Positions 40,048 to 53,867 of a stretch of 64,000 nucleotides of DNA are shown here, piece after piece. A program made the translations under genes and the position numbers. Below the pieces are notes generated by a model. It ran no database searches and was not told where the DNA came from. It was given only the letters and a program-made list of their open reading frames with translations. Within the stretch, counting starts at the first letter, position 1. Every line of letters begins with the position of its first letter. Location of the stretch: NCBI GenBank assembly GCA_951406725.2, contig OX597814.1:64790001-64854000 (forward strand), given 5' to 3'. This DNA is from Octopus vulgaris. Its lineage: Eukaryota.

Positions 40048-40330
40048 TCAGCAACAGCAGCCATAGTAATAGCAGTAATTGTAGCTGTTGTTGTAGTTGT
40101 AGTAGTAAGAGAAAAAGATAGTGATGGTGATGGTGATGGTGATGATGATGATGATGATGATGATGATTATGATGATGATGAGGATGATGATGATGATGAT
40201 GAAGAAGAAGAAGTAGAAGAAGAAGAAGAAGAAGAAGAAGAAGAAGAAGAAGAAGAAGAAGAAGAAGAAGAAGAAGAAGAAGAAGAAGAAGAAGAAGAAG
40301 AAGAAGAAGAAGAAGAAGAAGAAGAATTAT
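39440..40330. repeat. Compound trinucleotide microsatellite region (GAC)n(GAT)n(TAG)n(GAA)n
   Basis: Directly visible. It generates the poly-V/D/E, poly-L/H and poly-S ORFs. Confidence 0.95.
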
Positions 40331-40669
40331 ATGTTGTAGAAACCTTGTCCCTTCGTGAACTTCCAGCAACCCAATTTTCTCCCGTTATTTTTGAACACAG
40401 TACCTTCACAAATGTAGGCTCATACATTCTCTGACAGACAGCTTCTCATAAAAATGTTTCCAGTCGTATTTAACTATTTCGACTGCTGTCATACTGGGGC
40501 ACCACCTATAAATGTTTTAGTTGATTGAATCGTCTCACCCGGTATATTGCCTAAAGCTTATTTTATCGCCACGGTAAGAGGACCGCAATGTCAAAGTTAA
40601 GAGGGCTAAAAGTAAACAAAACAGAAAGAGATACGAAAAGGAAATTACACACATGCGTCCGCACGTACG

Positions 40670-40737
<68 letters not shown>

Positions 40738-40769
40738 TACATACATACATACATACATACATACATACA

Positions 40770-40801
<32 letters not shown>

Positions 40802-40901
40802 CATACTGCTCAGGCGCGCGCATGCATATACATATATGAGAGGCACTTTTTCCACCAAAACATTTGTCAAAATCTGCTTTAGACCTGTACACTGAAGGTA
40901 T

Positions 40902-40945
<44 letters not shown>

Positions 40946-40948
<3 letters not shown>

Positions 40949-41140
40949 AAATGAGGTACTCAGAAATTCAGATGGTTTTATATTTACAGATATTTATTTG
41001 TATATTACATGTTTTTAGACATCATATAACTTATATCATATGATATATGATATAAGTTATATGATGTATAAAAACATGTAATATACAAATAAATATCTGT
41101 AAATATAAAACCATCCGAATTTCTGAGTACCTCATTTCTT
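40946..41140. repeat. 195-bp near-perfect palindrome
   Basis: AAGAAATGAGGTACTCAGAAATTC...GAATTTCTGAGTACCTCATTTCTT, centre ~41043, two mismatches seen, follows (TA)n. Confidence 0.96.
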
Positions 41141-41689
41141 CTAATATAAAATATCGGTACATCATCTCCAAACCTTCTAATATATATATATATATATATA
41201 ATATTATATTATATATGCAACCCATGTGTAAATATAATTTAATAATTCATAATATAGTTCTTACTAAAACATTCTTACTATAACATTCCATGCAAAAGGA
41301 AAAGAATAATTGTTGGAATGGGTGAGATTGAAAGAGCTTGTAAATACGTAGCGATTGTTGTTAAGGTATACCATATATTTGTGGCAGAATGAGGCCGACT
41401 TCGTTGGTCAAGAATTTCAGGCATAGCATTTTTAACAAATAAAAAAAAAATCGTTTTTGAGAGTTTGCCTTGAATCACAAATGTTTTGTACGGCTGACCA
41501 GTCAAAGTGCATAATGTAATCGCTTAATCGCTTTTTCAAATTCTAGTAGATACTCAACAGATTGACATGTATTTACCGCCATGTTGGTTGTGTAACCGAA
41601 AGTTGAAGTATCATACTTTAGGCATAGAGAGAGTAAAATAGTTTGCTTCTTTACTTTTTGTTATAATTTTTCACCCTCTCACGATGTTT

Positions 41690-43004
41690 AAAGAAAAAGG
41701 AGAAATCTGAAATCAAATTTAAGAGTGAATAATCATCCTACAAAATAAAATGGAAATACAGCTGCCGAGAAACATTTTTTTCTTCCACCAACAGCAAAAA
41801 ATATTTGGCTGTTGGCTTGATGAAGAAGAAAATTTGAAAATAATTAAATGTCATAAATACAATTTCTGATGGAAAAAGTAAATTAGCAAGGACTCGAAAA
41901 TAAACTATACAAATAGGCTGTAGTTCAAGGAACGGAAGGATGATCAGCATTTCAAATTTGATCATTTTTCTTTTAAGCAAAAAGGATTGTATGAGATAAT
42001 AGTGAAGATGATTTTACTGATGATATATCATGGTATTTTCAGCGTTTGAAGCACAAAGACCTAGTTATGAGAACCAGACGAGAATAGCTCAAAGAATCTC
42101 CAATGAGTTTGTAATGAAATTTTGTCCTTTCACAAGTACATCATAGATTTAAGAAAATAAATTTCATATGAATCGTCTCAAATCTCATTAACATTTGATG
42201 TTCCAAGCAATAGAACAGCTGATATAAAAGGCACTAAAACAATTTCTGTGAAAACTAGGGGACATGAAATATCACAATATACAGTGGTGCTAAAAATATT
42301 GAGTAGATGTCACAAAATTACCATGAATGTTAATTAGTGAAAGAGAAATAATGCCTAAAAGAAATTTACCTAGATGCAAGTGTTTACGTACTTGTAAAAG
42401 GATGGAGGATTAAAGACAATTATTCCTTCGGTTTGAAGAAATTTGGTCAAAATATCAAAGAGCGGGAGTACTTTAGAAAAATAAAAGAAAAATTAACGAG
42501 TTAAAAACAAAACTTTAACAAGTCGACTGCAACCATGTTTCTATTGACAAACTCGCTAAAACTTTAATGAGCAGATTCAACAGTTACAAACCCTACTGAA
42601 TCAAGGAAAAGATCGATGCTTACTCATGTGTTCATATGAATGAAGAACTCGTGAGGAAAAATGTGATATAAGATTAAGTTACTTAAGAAAAACGTTATGA
42701 GTAAAGTAATGGATGGCACCGCTGATGGCATTCTCTTTGATCATAATATTGGATCCAATGATGGAATGCTTTTCAAATAAATGTGAAAGCGATGAGAATC
42801 TTGGAGGTTTTGAACCAAATTAAATACAAATAAACAAATTTTTAAAAGAATTGCTATACATATTTATTTAAATGTTTTGAACCATAATTTTAAACATAAC
42901 ATTGAATTCTGTTTACGGGAAAATCTGTCAAATTCGACTGAAGCGTTTTTCTTTAACGGTTTATCTTCAAAATAAAGATGTGCGTTCTATTACACAAAGT
43001 ACGG
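41690..43004 (+). mobile_element. Decayed pogo/Tigger-family transposon
   Basis: 42188-42292 translates LTFDVPSNRTADIKGTKTISVKTRGHEISQYTVVL (pogo DDE domain). Right end GTGCGTTCTATTACACAAAGTACGG resembles a pogo TIR. Left boundary uncertain. Confidence 0.75.
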
Positions 43005-43450
43005 TGTATATTTTTATCTCTTTTATTTGTTTCAGTCATTGGCCTGCAGAAATGCTAGGACACCGCCTTGAAAAGTTTACCAGGAAACATCTGTCTCAGT
43101 ACATATGTTTCTTGAGCCTGGTTTTATCTATCAGCCTTTTTCACACGTACACATGCGCGCGCGCGCACAAACATACACATCTTGGTAGATTAGTTTTTGC
43201 TGCTTTGTCAAATATCTTGCTTTGTCCAATGTCAGCCCTGATGGAGCAAATCTTTCATGAAAGACAATACGTTCTTGACTCTCTCATCTTCTCCTCTATC
43301 GTAACTTACATTATTCAAAGTTTCCTTTGTTTCTATCAAACAATTATGTGAAATTTAGGTGGGATACAGCTACTGTTTCTACGAGATGACCAAGTAGAGA
43401 CACCCTTGAATCGCATAAAACGTAATTGTTACTCTCTAACCCACATCAAT

Positions 43451-43584
43451 CCTACCATCTTAAAAATTAAAGTATTTATTGGATGATACGTCTAAGAATA
43501 CGATATGAACACGAATAGAATATACTTGTCTATGTATCTAGGAACATATCATCCAATAAATACTATAATTTTTAAGAGGGTAGG
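43451..43584. repeat. Fold-back/MITE-like inverted repeat
   Basis: CCTACCATCTTAAAAATTAAAGTATTTATTGGATGATA ... TATCATCCAATAAATACTATAATTTTTAAGAGGGTAGG. Confidence 0.85.
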
Positions 43585-43656
43585 GAGTGATTTGAAGATG
43601 ATATATTGATTATTTCTAGTTGGTCAAGTGATTATATATATATATATATATATATG

Positions 43657-44182
43657 CTGTGCGTGAGAAGACCCAACAGGACAAGTGAGACCATAACCCG
43701 TGGCCTCTACCTGGGACGTAGCCAGTCCACTTATGCATATCTTTCCTTCTTGGGACACAAAACTCTACTTGTGAAGACATGTTGAGGCAAGTGAAAATCA
43801 AAATCAAAATCAAAGTCAAAATCGAAATCGATCAACATTAATGGAAATTGTAGCTGTGATACCAGTGTCGGTGACACGTAAGAGAACCATCCGAACGTGG
43901 CCGTTACCAGTGCCGGCCCGACTGGCCTCCGTGCCGGTGGCACGAAAAAAGCACCATCCGATCGTGGCGGTTTGCCAGCCTCGTCAGGCACCTGTGGCGG
44001 TTGCACGTAAAAAGCATCCACTACACTCAGGGAGTGGTTGGCGTTAGGAAAGGCATCCAGCTGTAGAAACACTGCCAGATCAGACTGGGCCTGGTGCAGC
44101 CTTATGGCTTCCCAGACCCCAGTTGAACCATCCAACCCATGCTAGTATGGAAAGCAGACGCTAAACGATGATGATGATGATG
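43657..44182 (+). mobile_element. Retroposon 3' region with RTE-type tail ending (GAT)n
   Basis: GCGTTAGGAAAGGCATCCAGCTGTAGAAAC...CCAACCCATGCTAGTATGGAAAGCAGACGCTAAACGATGATGATG. Confidence 0.7.
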
Positions 44183-45014
44183 CTATATATATAAAACCAG
44201 CCGAAATTGCAAAGATAATCTGGAACTCGACTGAGGAAAGAAAACTCCGAATGACCCGTCCTTGTTTTCTTTGCATCGTCTACCTGGATGTTTTGTTGTC
44301 CCTTTCTTGTATCACCTAACTGTCTGGATGTTTTGCGTTCTTTTTCCATTTGTATTTATATATATATATATACAAACATACATACATGTACATGCATTTC
44401 TTCATTCTGTTTCAAAACGTTGTCCCAATGTTTAGTTTGTTTTTTAATTCTGATAATTTATTCTATTTGACAGATTTTCATGAACTTATAGTTCTGGGAA
44501 AACGGGCAAAATATCCTGTTGTTTAGTTGTCGAGAAGAGGGTAGAAAAAAATAAGAATATTTGCCGGCCCAGCGGTTTAGTTAAACACACTTAGCCTAAG
44601 GTAATACAGAATGAGATTGAATAAAAAAAACCACATGCTTTCTAATCTGACATATAAACCACATGTATATAACCGCAGCTTATATGTATATGTTTCCATG
44701 TGTTTTAGTATACATGTATGATCTGTTTATACATTTATTTTCAGTATTTATGTATGTGTGAGTATGTGTGTGTGTTTATACACATATGCATGTATGTGTT
44801 TATGTATGTATGCATGTATTACAGGATGAATGTAGGTCTACAATAGAGTGATTTGCCCGAGTCGGGATACAAAACATAACAGTCTTTCCTAGTAGTATAG
44901 AAATATATGGTCGATGCATGTGCATTGTCAGAGACAGAGACACACATTCAGACATTCATATATATATATATATATATATATACATATGAGTACATATGCA
45001 CAATCTAAGTACAC

Positions 45015-45078
<64 letters not shown>

Positions 45079-46106
45079 CTCTTACGATAAAAGGCAGATT
45101 TTCTCTGCCTGTTACCATGTTTGTTTTTAATACAATTGTACAATATACAATTTCTTCAATTGGAATTTACCTATGATTTTTCGAAGTAGATTCGATTGGG
45201 TCATGGCATATAAATTTTTTTCAATTTGACCCCCAATTAAGCAAAAATTAGATCAAACATATACATATACGATTGCCTCTCTCATTTCAAATGCTTTCCT
45301 CCGTCTATTACCACACTTTCTCCTACTTTCTCTTTGCAAGCGGGGAAACAGATACACGTGCATTTTTTTTCGGGAAGTTCTTTTGAAGTTGGTGTGCATC
45401 GGAAGCATTGATGTACATGTGTGTGTGCGTGAGTGTGTGTGTGTGTGTGCGTGTTTGATGGTGTGTGCGACACAGAAAGTGTGGTGTGTAAGTGAAGTGC
45501 TTTTGTTAGTGTGTGTAAAGAGACAGAGAGAGTAATGTTGTGCGGTGTGTGTATGTGTGAAAGACAGAGATAACTGAACTTTTTTTTATTCACTTTTTGT
45601 AGTGAGTGACTGAGAGAGAAAAGAAGAGAGAGAGGTTATGTATGTATGGCTTCAGTGACACACACACAAAAACACATACCTACATACACCTAAAGCACGC
45701 ACACACACACACAAACGGAGCGCGAACTTCAAAAGAACTTCGTGCTCTATCTATCTGGTTTGCCATTCCTCACACACACACATACACACGCAAACATATA
45801 CATATATGACAGTGACAAACACAAACGTTTCAAACAACTACATATAAACACTCAAATATACACACACACACGTATGTGTTTGTTATTAGTAAAAAAGGCG
45901 CCAAACACAATTCACTTTCTCATTCGAACACATTTGCCAACACACACCGACGGTAGAATTGCCATAACTCAACAGAAAAGGTAAATTGGTTTTTAATTTA
46001 CTTTCTGTCGCTAAATTTTGGTAGTATTAATTGGCGAGCGTACTTCAGTTGTCGATTGTTGAAAAAAAGAAATTGTAAGCTAAGAAGGCGTGTGTGTGTA
46101 TGTGTG

Positions 46107-46187
<81 letters not shown>

Positions 46188-46301
46188 AGGAAGTGAAGGA
46201 TAAAAATATGGCAAGAAGTGAACAGATGTACATATATACATACATACATACATACATATGTGTGTGTGTGTATGTATGTGTATTAATGTGTGTGTGTGTT
46301 A

Positions 46302-46692
46302 TCTCTCTCTATATAAAGCTGAAGTTGTCTGTGTGCGGCAGGTTTGGTAGCCTTCAACTAACACTATCTCCTCCGAGACCCTGCGGCGCAAGTTGACCAA
46401 AATTGAGAGTATGATAGAAGAAGGATTGCTCTTCCTTCCGAAGAAGATAAAATTCAAATCGGACCATGTTAACACCAAAAATTATTTACATCAAACAGCT
46501 GCTTTTTTCTATGAAAATCCTTATTTTTTACCATTTTTTCACTGCTGTGTCTCCACTTTTCGGTGTATTTCAACCAGAAAAATGTTCACTTGAACATAAT
46601 AACAAGCTACATAATGCAAAATTTTTACTTTTCAAAAATTCCAATTCCAGTGGGTCGAAACAAACCCGAGCAACGCCGGGCGATACTGCTAG
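46302..46692 (+). mobile_element. Non-autonomous Helitron with intact termini
   Basis: A|TC 5' end, subterminal hairpin CCCGAGC-AAC-GCCGGG, 3' CTAG|T, no TSD. Confidence 0.88.
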
Positions 46693-46902
46693 TATATAAA
46701 TAAATATATATATATTATGTTTTTATATATATATATATAAATATATATATATATATGTTTTTATCTTCATTTCACTTAATTTATCAAGCTTCTGTATTCC
46801 TAGCACATATTTCGCCTTAATGTACTGATATATGAAAAATATATGGCTTGTGTTAGTAATACCAGCGATTATAATTATTTTTATTTTATCGCAATTTGAT
46901 TT

Positions 46903-46952
<50 letters not shown>

Positions 46953-46995
46953 ATATATATATGTATATATATATGTATATGTGTATATATATATG

Positions 46996-47058
<63 letters not shown>

Positions 47059-47060
<2 letters not shown>

Positions 47061-47353
47061 GGAGGCGCAATGGCCCAGTGGTTAGGGTAGCGGACTCGCG
47101 GTCGTGGGATCGCGGTTTCGATTCCCAGACCGGGCGTTGAGAGTGTTTATTGAGCGAAAGCACCTAAAAAGCTCCACGAGACTCCGACAGGGGGTGGTGA
47201 TCCCTGCTGTACTCTTTCACCACACTTTCTCCCACCTTTCTTCTGTTGGCCTGCTAGCTTAGCCAGCGGGGTGGCGTCATTCGAAGGCTAAAATAATGCG
47301 AACACATTGTGAGCAGCGATGTGTAACATCTGATGGTTTGGTCGGTCACGTGA
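47059..47353 (+). mobile_element. tRNA-Arg-like SINE, young copy
   Basis: GGCGCAATGGCCCAGTGGTTAGGGTAGCGGACTCGCGGTCGTGGGATCGCGGTTTCGATTCCC, CpGs retained, no tRNA acceptor stem. Confidence 0.88.
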
Positions 47354-47369
47354 TATATATATATATATA

Positions 47370-48658
47370 CGAGGGTGAGTCAAAAAGTAATGCCATTTTG
47401 TTTAGGACAGGTATAATTGCCAACACAGGAACATGTATCATACATCAAAATGAAGCTGGGTTTCTATGGATCACATCCTTACTTCTCAACATAGTCACCG
47501 TTTCTCTCAATAGCAATGTTCCACCTTCGAATGAGAGCATGTATTCCTGCTCCGTAAAATTTTGTTGACTATTCTTTGAGTCATTTCTTCACTAGAGTTC
47601 TCACCTCCTCGTCACTGGAATAAATTTCCTTTCAAACCCTCTTTCATAGGGCCGAAGAGATGATAGTCTGAAGGCGCTAAATCTGGTGACTATGGAGGTT
47701 GTGGAAAAGTTGTCCACCTGAATGAGGCAATTGTCTCCCTTGTCCTAATGCTTGAGTGTGGTCGAGCATTGTCATGCAGGAGGAGGACATCGTCAAGTGG
47801 CAAGTTGGGTCTTACTCATCGGATTCTTGGTCTGAGCCTCGTCAAGGACCTCAATGTAGGCCTCGCAGTTTATTGTTTTTCCTTTTGGCAAGAAATCGAA
47901 CAGAATGACACCTTGAGCATCCCAAAAGACAGTCGCCATGACTTTTCCAGCTGACTTTGGCGTCTTGAACTTTTTCGGTGGTGGTGACGTAGAGTGGCGC
48001 CATTCCATTGACTGGTTTCTTTGGTTCCGGTTCATAATGATGAACCCATGTTTCATCACCTGTTACAAGCCTTCGAAAGAAGGTGTTGTCTCTTTGACGT
48101 TGTTCGAGAAGTTCAGTGCAGGCATTGATCTGCCAGTCTTGTGTTTGGTAGTCGGCTCTCTCGGTTTCCAACGGGCAAACACTTTTGAAAAGCCAAGTGA
48201 TTCGACAATGTTGTAAGCACTTGCATGGCTCACTTCAAAGTTTTCTGCCAACTCATCAAGAGTTATGCGCCTGTCTTCTCTGATCAGAGTATCTGCTTTT
48301 GCTTTATTGGCAGGATTCGCAGAAGCGGACGGACGGCAAGAACGGGGTTTATCGCCTACACTCACAAGTTACCACCTTTTCCTCTTTCAGACGACGGCCC
48401 CTCCTGTATACATTGCTATAATCTAAAGTATTGTCCTCAAAGACATTTTGTAATCGCCGATGAATTTTCCCTGGGGTTTCCCCCTCAGCAAAAAGTAATT
48501 CAATCACTGCTCTGTAACTAACGGGACACCCATTTTGAATTTTCCTTACCAGTCTTATAACCTGAAAAGTAAGAAAAATAATATTTCAGAACGTAAATGA
48601 TATAATCAAAAATTTCACATGAAATAAAGAAAATGGCTTTACTTTTTGACTCACCCTC

Positions 48659-48659
<1 letters not shown>
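47370..48659 (-). mobile_element. Full-length mariner (DD34D) element, transposase frameshifted
   Basis: TIRs CGAGGGTGAGTCAAAAAGTAA / TTACTTTTTGACTCACCCTCG in (TA)n. Motifs LVTGDETWVHHYEPE, SAGKVMATVFWD, LLHDNARPH and SPDLAPSDY. Confidence 0.95.
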
Positions 48660-48746
<87 letters not shown>

Positions 48747-48767
48747 GTGTGTGTGTGTGTGTGTGTA

Positions 48768-48982
48768 AGAAGTTCCCCTCCGGGCTACAAGTCTGGGCGG
48801 AATGTCGTCTCACCGGTGAACGCCCAATCAGTGTTGTTTTTATGCAAGACCAGCAGTCACCCATACATACCAGCCTTCCCTCTCCAGCCGTCGGTGTTAT
48901 TCAAGGGAAAGGCAAAGGATGATACAGCTTGGCACCAGTGAAGTCGCAACTCATATCTATATCTAAGTGAACTGGAGCAACT
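48768..48982 (-). mobile_element. SINE fragment sharing the GTTGCTCCAGTTCACT body with 9583..9827 but a different tail
   Basis: AAGTGAACTGGAGCAAC at the right end. Tail unrelated to 9583. Confidence 0.6.
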
Positions 48983-49239
48983 CAGCTGTAGAAATGAGCT
49001 GCGAGTGAAGGCGCTTGGCTCAGCGGTTAGGGCGTAGTGAGTTCGATTTCGGACAGGGTTACGTGTTGTGTTCTTGGGCAAGGTATATATATATATATAT
49101 ACGCACACAGGTGAGCACAAAAGTGCAAAACAAGGTGCTCGAATACAAAGGCAGTGTAATATACTTTTTATTAAAGCTCCCAAATTGTCACAGAACTGTT
49201 ACTCACAGTTGCACGCTCCCGTTCGTTGGACAGTTGTGA

Positions 49240-49363
<124 letters not shown>

Positions 49364-49372
49364 AAATGTGTC

Positions 49373-49413
<41 letters not shown>

Positions 49414-50314
49414 GCATATATATACATGCATACACGCACACACACACACATATTTATAAATATATATATATTACACGCACATACACACACTTACATATAC
49501 ATATATATTTAAATTTATGGCTGATTTAGTGGAATGCATATAATTTACACACACAGACACTCACATATATATATATATTTACATACATGTGTGTATGTGC
49601 GAGAGCATGTGAATGTATGAGTGTGTGTGTGTGTGTGTGTGTATGTATACCTCCTCTGATAATCACACGCTACGCACAGACATTTATGTATGTACGTATA
49701 TATAAGTATTCACTTGCACACAACCCTATTGCGTTAAGTATTCTTCAATTCTCCTATTTATGATCTCATGCATTGTTACCGTCTGAATTCATGTATTTCG
49801 AAAAATGTGCATCAGTGAACACGAAGTGTTTCCAAAGACAGTTGCAAGATACTGAATATAGCCGTATTTCTAAATGAAAGAAAAACTCAGCATGACGAGA
49901 ACCATATTGGTAATATCAGAGAAAGCAGTAGAATTGTATGGTCACGTGTGGTCCGCTGAGTGCATTGATGTGGTAAGAAGAAGCTAGCATCTATGTATGG
50001 CTTCTCAAAAGTGAACGTAATCTATGAATAGAAAAGAAATCTATATAACTATCTATGTTGCTGGCTAGATTATATAGATATTTGTGTGTTGTGGGAGTGT
50101 GTATAGGTGTGCAAGTGTGTGAGAGCGTGTGTGTGTACCCATGACTCCACGCGAGTATGTTCATGTGTGCATATATGTGTATGCCTAATGTACATGTAAA
50201 ATATAGGTATATACAAACGCATAAAAATGTATCTTTAACTTCGTTTCTCCCTTCTTCTGCCACTGTCTCTCTGTCTGTCTCTTTCTCTCTTTCTCTTGCT
50301 ATGAATATACACAC

Positions 50315-50358
<44 letters not shown>

Positions 50359-50761
50359 GAATATAAATACGTTTATATATGTATATGTGTAGATTTATAT
50401 ATGTATATTTACATGTATATGTTTGTATATGTAAATCAATATATGAAAATATATAAGAATATTTGAGAATACATGTGCAGCACGGATATATGTTAATCAT
50501 GCCGTTATTTTTTATATACTTTCTTTGAAAGTGATTCCTGGGATTGCAGTAATCATTGAAAGCTACATCTATGAAATCATCATATGTGTGCTTGTGTGCG
50601 TGTGTGTGTGGCTACATATATTATATATCCTTTCCCTTTTTTTCTTTTACATGTTTTAGTCATGTATGTATGTATATATGTGTATATATATAAGGATGTA
50701 TGTATGTTTATATATACATGCATACATACACACATACATACATACATAAATACATGCATAC

Positions 50762-50820
<59 letters not shown>

Positions 50821-50823
<3 letters not shown>

Positions 50824-51789
50824 GGGTTGGACAAAATAATGGAAACACCTTAAAATTTCAAACAGATTTCATTTAATATGGAGTAGGACCGCCTTTGGCA
50901 GTAATTACAGCTTGAATTCTACGAGGTAAAAGTTTGAATTGTTTCCAAAGGAATTTTTGCCCATTCTTCAGCTAAAAGAGTCTCCAGTTCTTGTAGCGAT
51001 GATGGTGGAGCATATCGGCCTCTTACTTGTTTTTTCTAAAATGCACTATAAATGTTCAATAATATTGAGATCTGGGGACTGTGGTGGCCAGATAAGATGT
51101 TCAACTTCATTAGAATGTTCCTCGTACCTTTGCGTTACAATTTTAGCTGTGTGAATTGGTGCATTATCATCCTGAAAGATTGCGTTTCCCTCCGGAAACA
51201 GTTCTGCAGCCATAGCTTTACTTAATTCTACCATAAAGAGATACCATTGGGTCGACGGTTTTCCAACATATAGCCCCCCACCCCGATCATCACAAATCCT
51301 CCTCCATGTTTAACAGTTAGAAGAAGGCAGTCTGGGTCAAATGCTTCTTTTGGTTGTCTCCACACGTATACATGGCTGGTGGCCGAAAGTAAGGTAAAGG
51401 ATGACTCATCCGAGAAAATAACATTCGTCCACTGCTGTAGGGTGTAGGTTTTCACTCCAATCTAAACGCTTTGCAACATTTGTTTTTGAAAGTTTTGGTT
51501 TCCTGATTGCGGCCCTCCCGTGTTATCGTACTTTGTGCAGCTGCAGGCTAACAGTTTTTGTAGAAACTGGGTTCTCGAGGTGGTCATTAAGCTGTAATTT
51601 TGGGAGCTGTACTTTTGTGATCCTTTCTAACAATTTGTGTAAGAGTCCGACAGTCCTTATCTAAAAGTTTTGGTTTTCTTCCGGAGTTTTGTTTCAACGA
51701 GGAGGTTTTTCCCTCTTTCTGAAAGGCTGTCATTACTTTCGAGACAGTATTTCTTGATGCACCAAATATTTCGGCTGTTTTCGTTATGC

Positions 51790-51791
<2 letters not shown>
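50821..51791 (-). mobile_element. Tc1 element, same family as 4555..5812, 5' end lost at (GATA)n
   Basis: TA-CAGGGGTTGGACAAAATAATGGAAACACC terminus. Motifs FSDESSF, FQDDNAPIH and WPPQSPDLNIIEHL. Confidence 0.93.
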
Positions 51792-51881
<90 letters not shown>

Positions 51882-51882
51882 C

Positions 51883-51938
<56 letters not shown>

Positions 51939-51939
51939 T

Positions 51940-52032
<93 letters not shown>
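51791..52032. repeat. (GATA)n microsatellite, ~240 bp
   Basis: Directly visible. Confidence 0.97.
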
Positions 52033-52415
52033 GTATTTTAGTGCAGGACCTTCAAATGCAGGATTGAACTCTGCTCAAGGATATTCAAGACTGATATCTT
52101 CCGAAGTCTTAACCTACAAGACTACAGATGACACCAACGACGATGGCTTAGCTGGCCGAAACTTCGAAGTCACCGTCCATAACCTTCTTTAATAAGAATA
52201 ATAAATTTGCACATTACAAATGTATAGTGTAACCCATCAGATGAATGTAAAATCTAAACGTAAAAGCAAACATTAACATAGATAGATAGATAAGCAGATA
52301 GACAGACAGACAGACAGACAGGCAGACAGATAGACAGACAGACAGGCAGATAGATAGATAAATAGATAGATAGACAGACAGACAGACCGGCAGATATATA
52401 TATATATATATATAT

Positions 52416-52485
<70 letters not shown>

Positions 52486-53710
52486 GATATGTTTTAATGT
52501 ATGCGTAATATGCCCAAGCGCCCACCATATTTTTTTAAATCAAAATATTAAAGGATACCAGAAATGTCATCCTGATATCGTTAGTAATAATCAAAGGAAC
52601 ATATTTTCATATTACCGATAAATTTAATTACGCGTTGGTTTGATGTTGCCAGGATTTCTCCTCTGCATATGATAGTTGTTTTCAAATGTTCACCTATTAT
52701 TTCGTTTCGTTGTCTATATTTGATAGTTTGTTTTTAACGATATTGGAATAATCTCCACCATATAGCCTTAAAGGTACATGCACAAAAACATACATACACG
52801 CACAATAACACACTCACGGATTTGTATAGGCGTAAACGTATACATACTCAAAAATACACACATATATATATATACGCAAAGCTCATATAGATATATATGT
52901 CTGTATTTGTATATACATATTTCCTTTCTTATATATGTGTTTTGTATATATATGTATGCATATGTGTGTATGAATATATGTATGTATGTGTGTATGTATA
53001 TATATATTTATATGTAAGGTATTTTATAAGCATATATGTATATATCGATTGATGTATCTCTCTCGTTTCCTGTCTATCTATGTGTGTGTGTGTGTGTGTA
53101 TGTGTGTAATGTTTATATACGAATATATACATACGTGCATATATGTTATTCATTTTATTTGTAAACAATGTTCCATTTCTGTGTAATACACATCTGTATC
53201 ATCACTGTGAAAATAGACCACTTGATTAAACTGCCAAAGTAGCAACAGCTATGTTGAAAGGTCGCGAGTAATTAATTAATTTAGGTTTTCGTTATAAATA
53301 TCATGATGATTCACTTTCCTTCCTGACCCATCGCAGTGATCACAAAACTATGAAATGTGAAAACTGATTTAGGTAAACTCAAGATGTATGGGCTGACGTT
53401 ACATAAATGTACAAAGTGGATATACATTTAAAATAATTACGACTCAATGTTAGTGTCTAAGACATTTAATTTTGCAACAGATTGAGAATCATGGATAGCT
53501 CGAATACGTTGTTAACCTGTGTACAAACAGATCGTGTGGTCACATGAAAAGTCTCACAAAAGTCTTAAAGCTTTCGTCATGATTCGATTATTTACGACCT
53601 AGGTTAGTGAGCGCTAATTTATAACAAAGAAAAAAGTCATGCACACAAACATACAAATATATTTACAATCATAGATGTATGTATGAGCATATATATATAT
53701 ATATATCCAT

Positions 53711-53796
<86 letters not shown>

Positions 53797-53867
53797 CAAA
53801 ATGAGATAACAAAGCTAAGGCTGTGAGGAGTTATCAGGACATATATAAGGAAAAAGGTATAGATAAA

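Noticed and set aside
39956-40434. Poly-V/D/E acidic protein ORF
   Set aside because: Pure (TAG)n(GAT)n(GAA)n microsatellite translation.
47061-47135. tRNA-Arg gene
   Set aside because: No acceptor stem or oligo-T terminator. It continues into a repeat body, so it is a SINE head.
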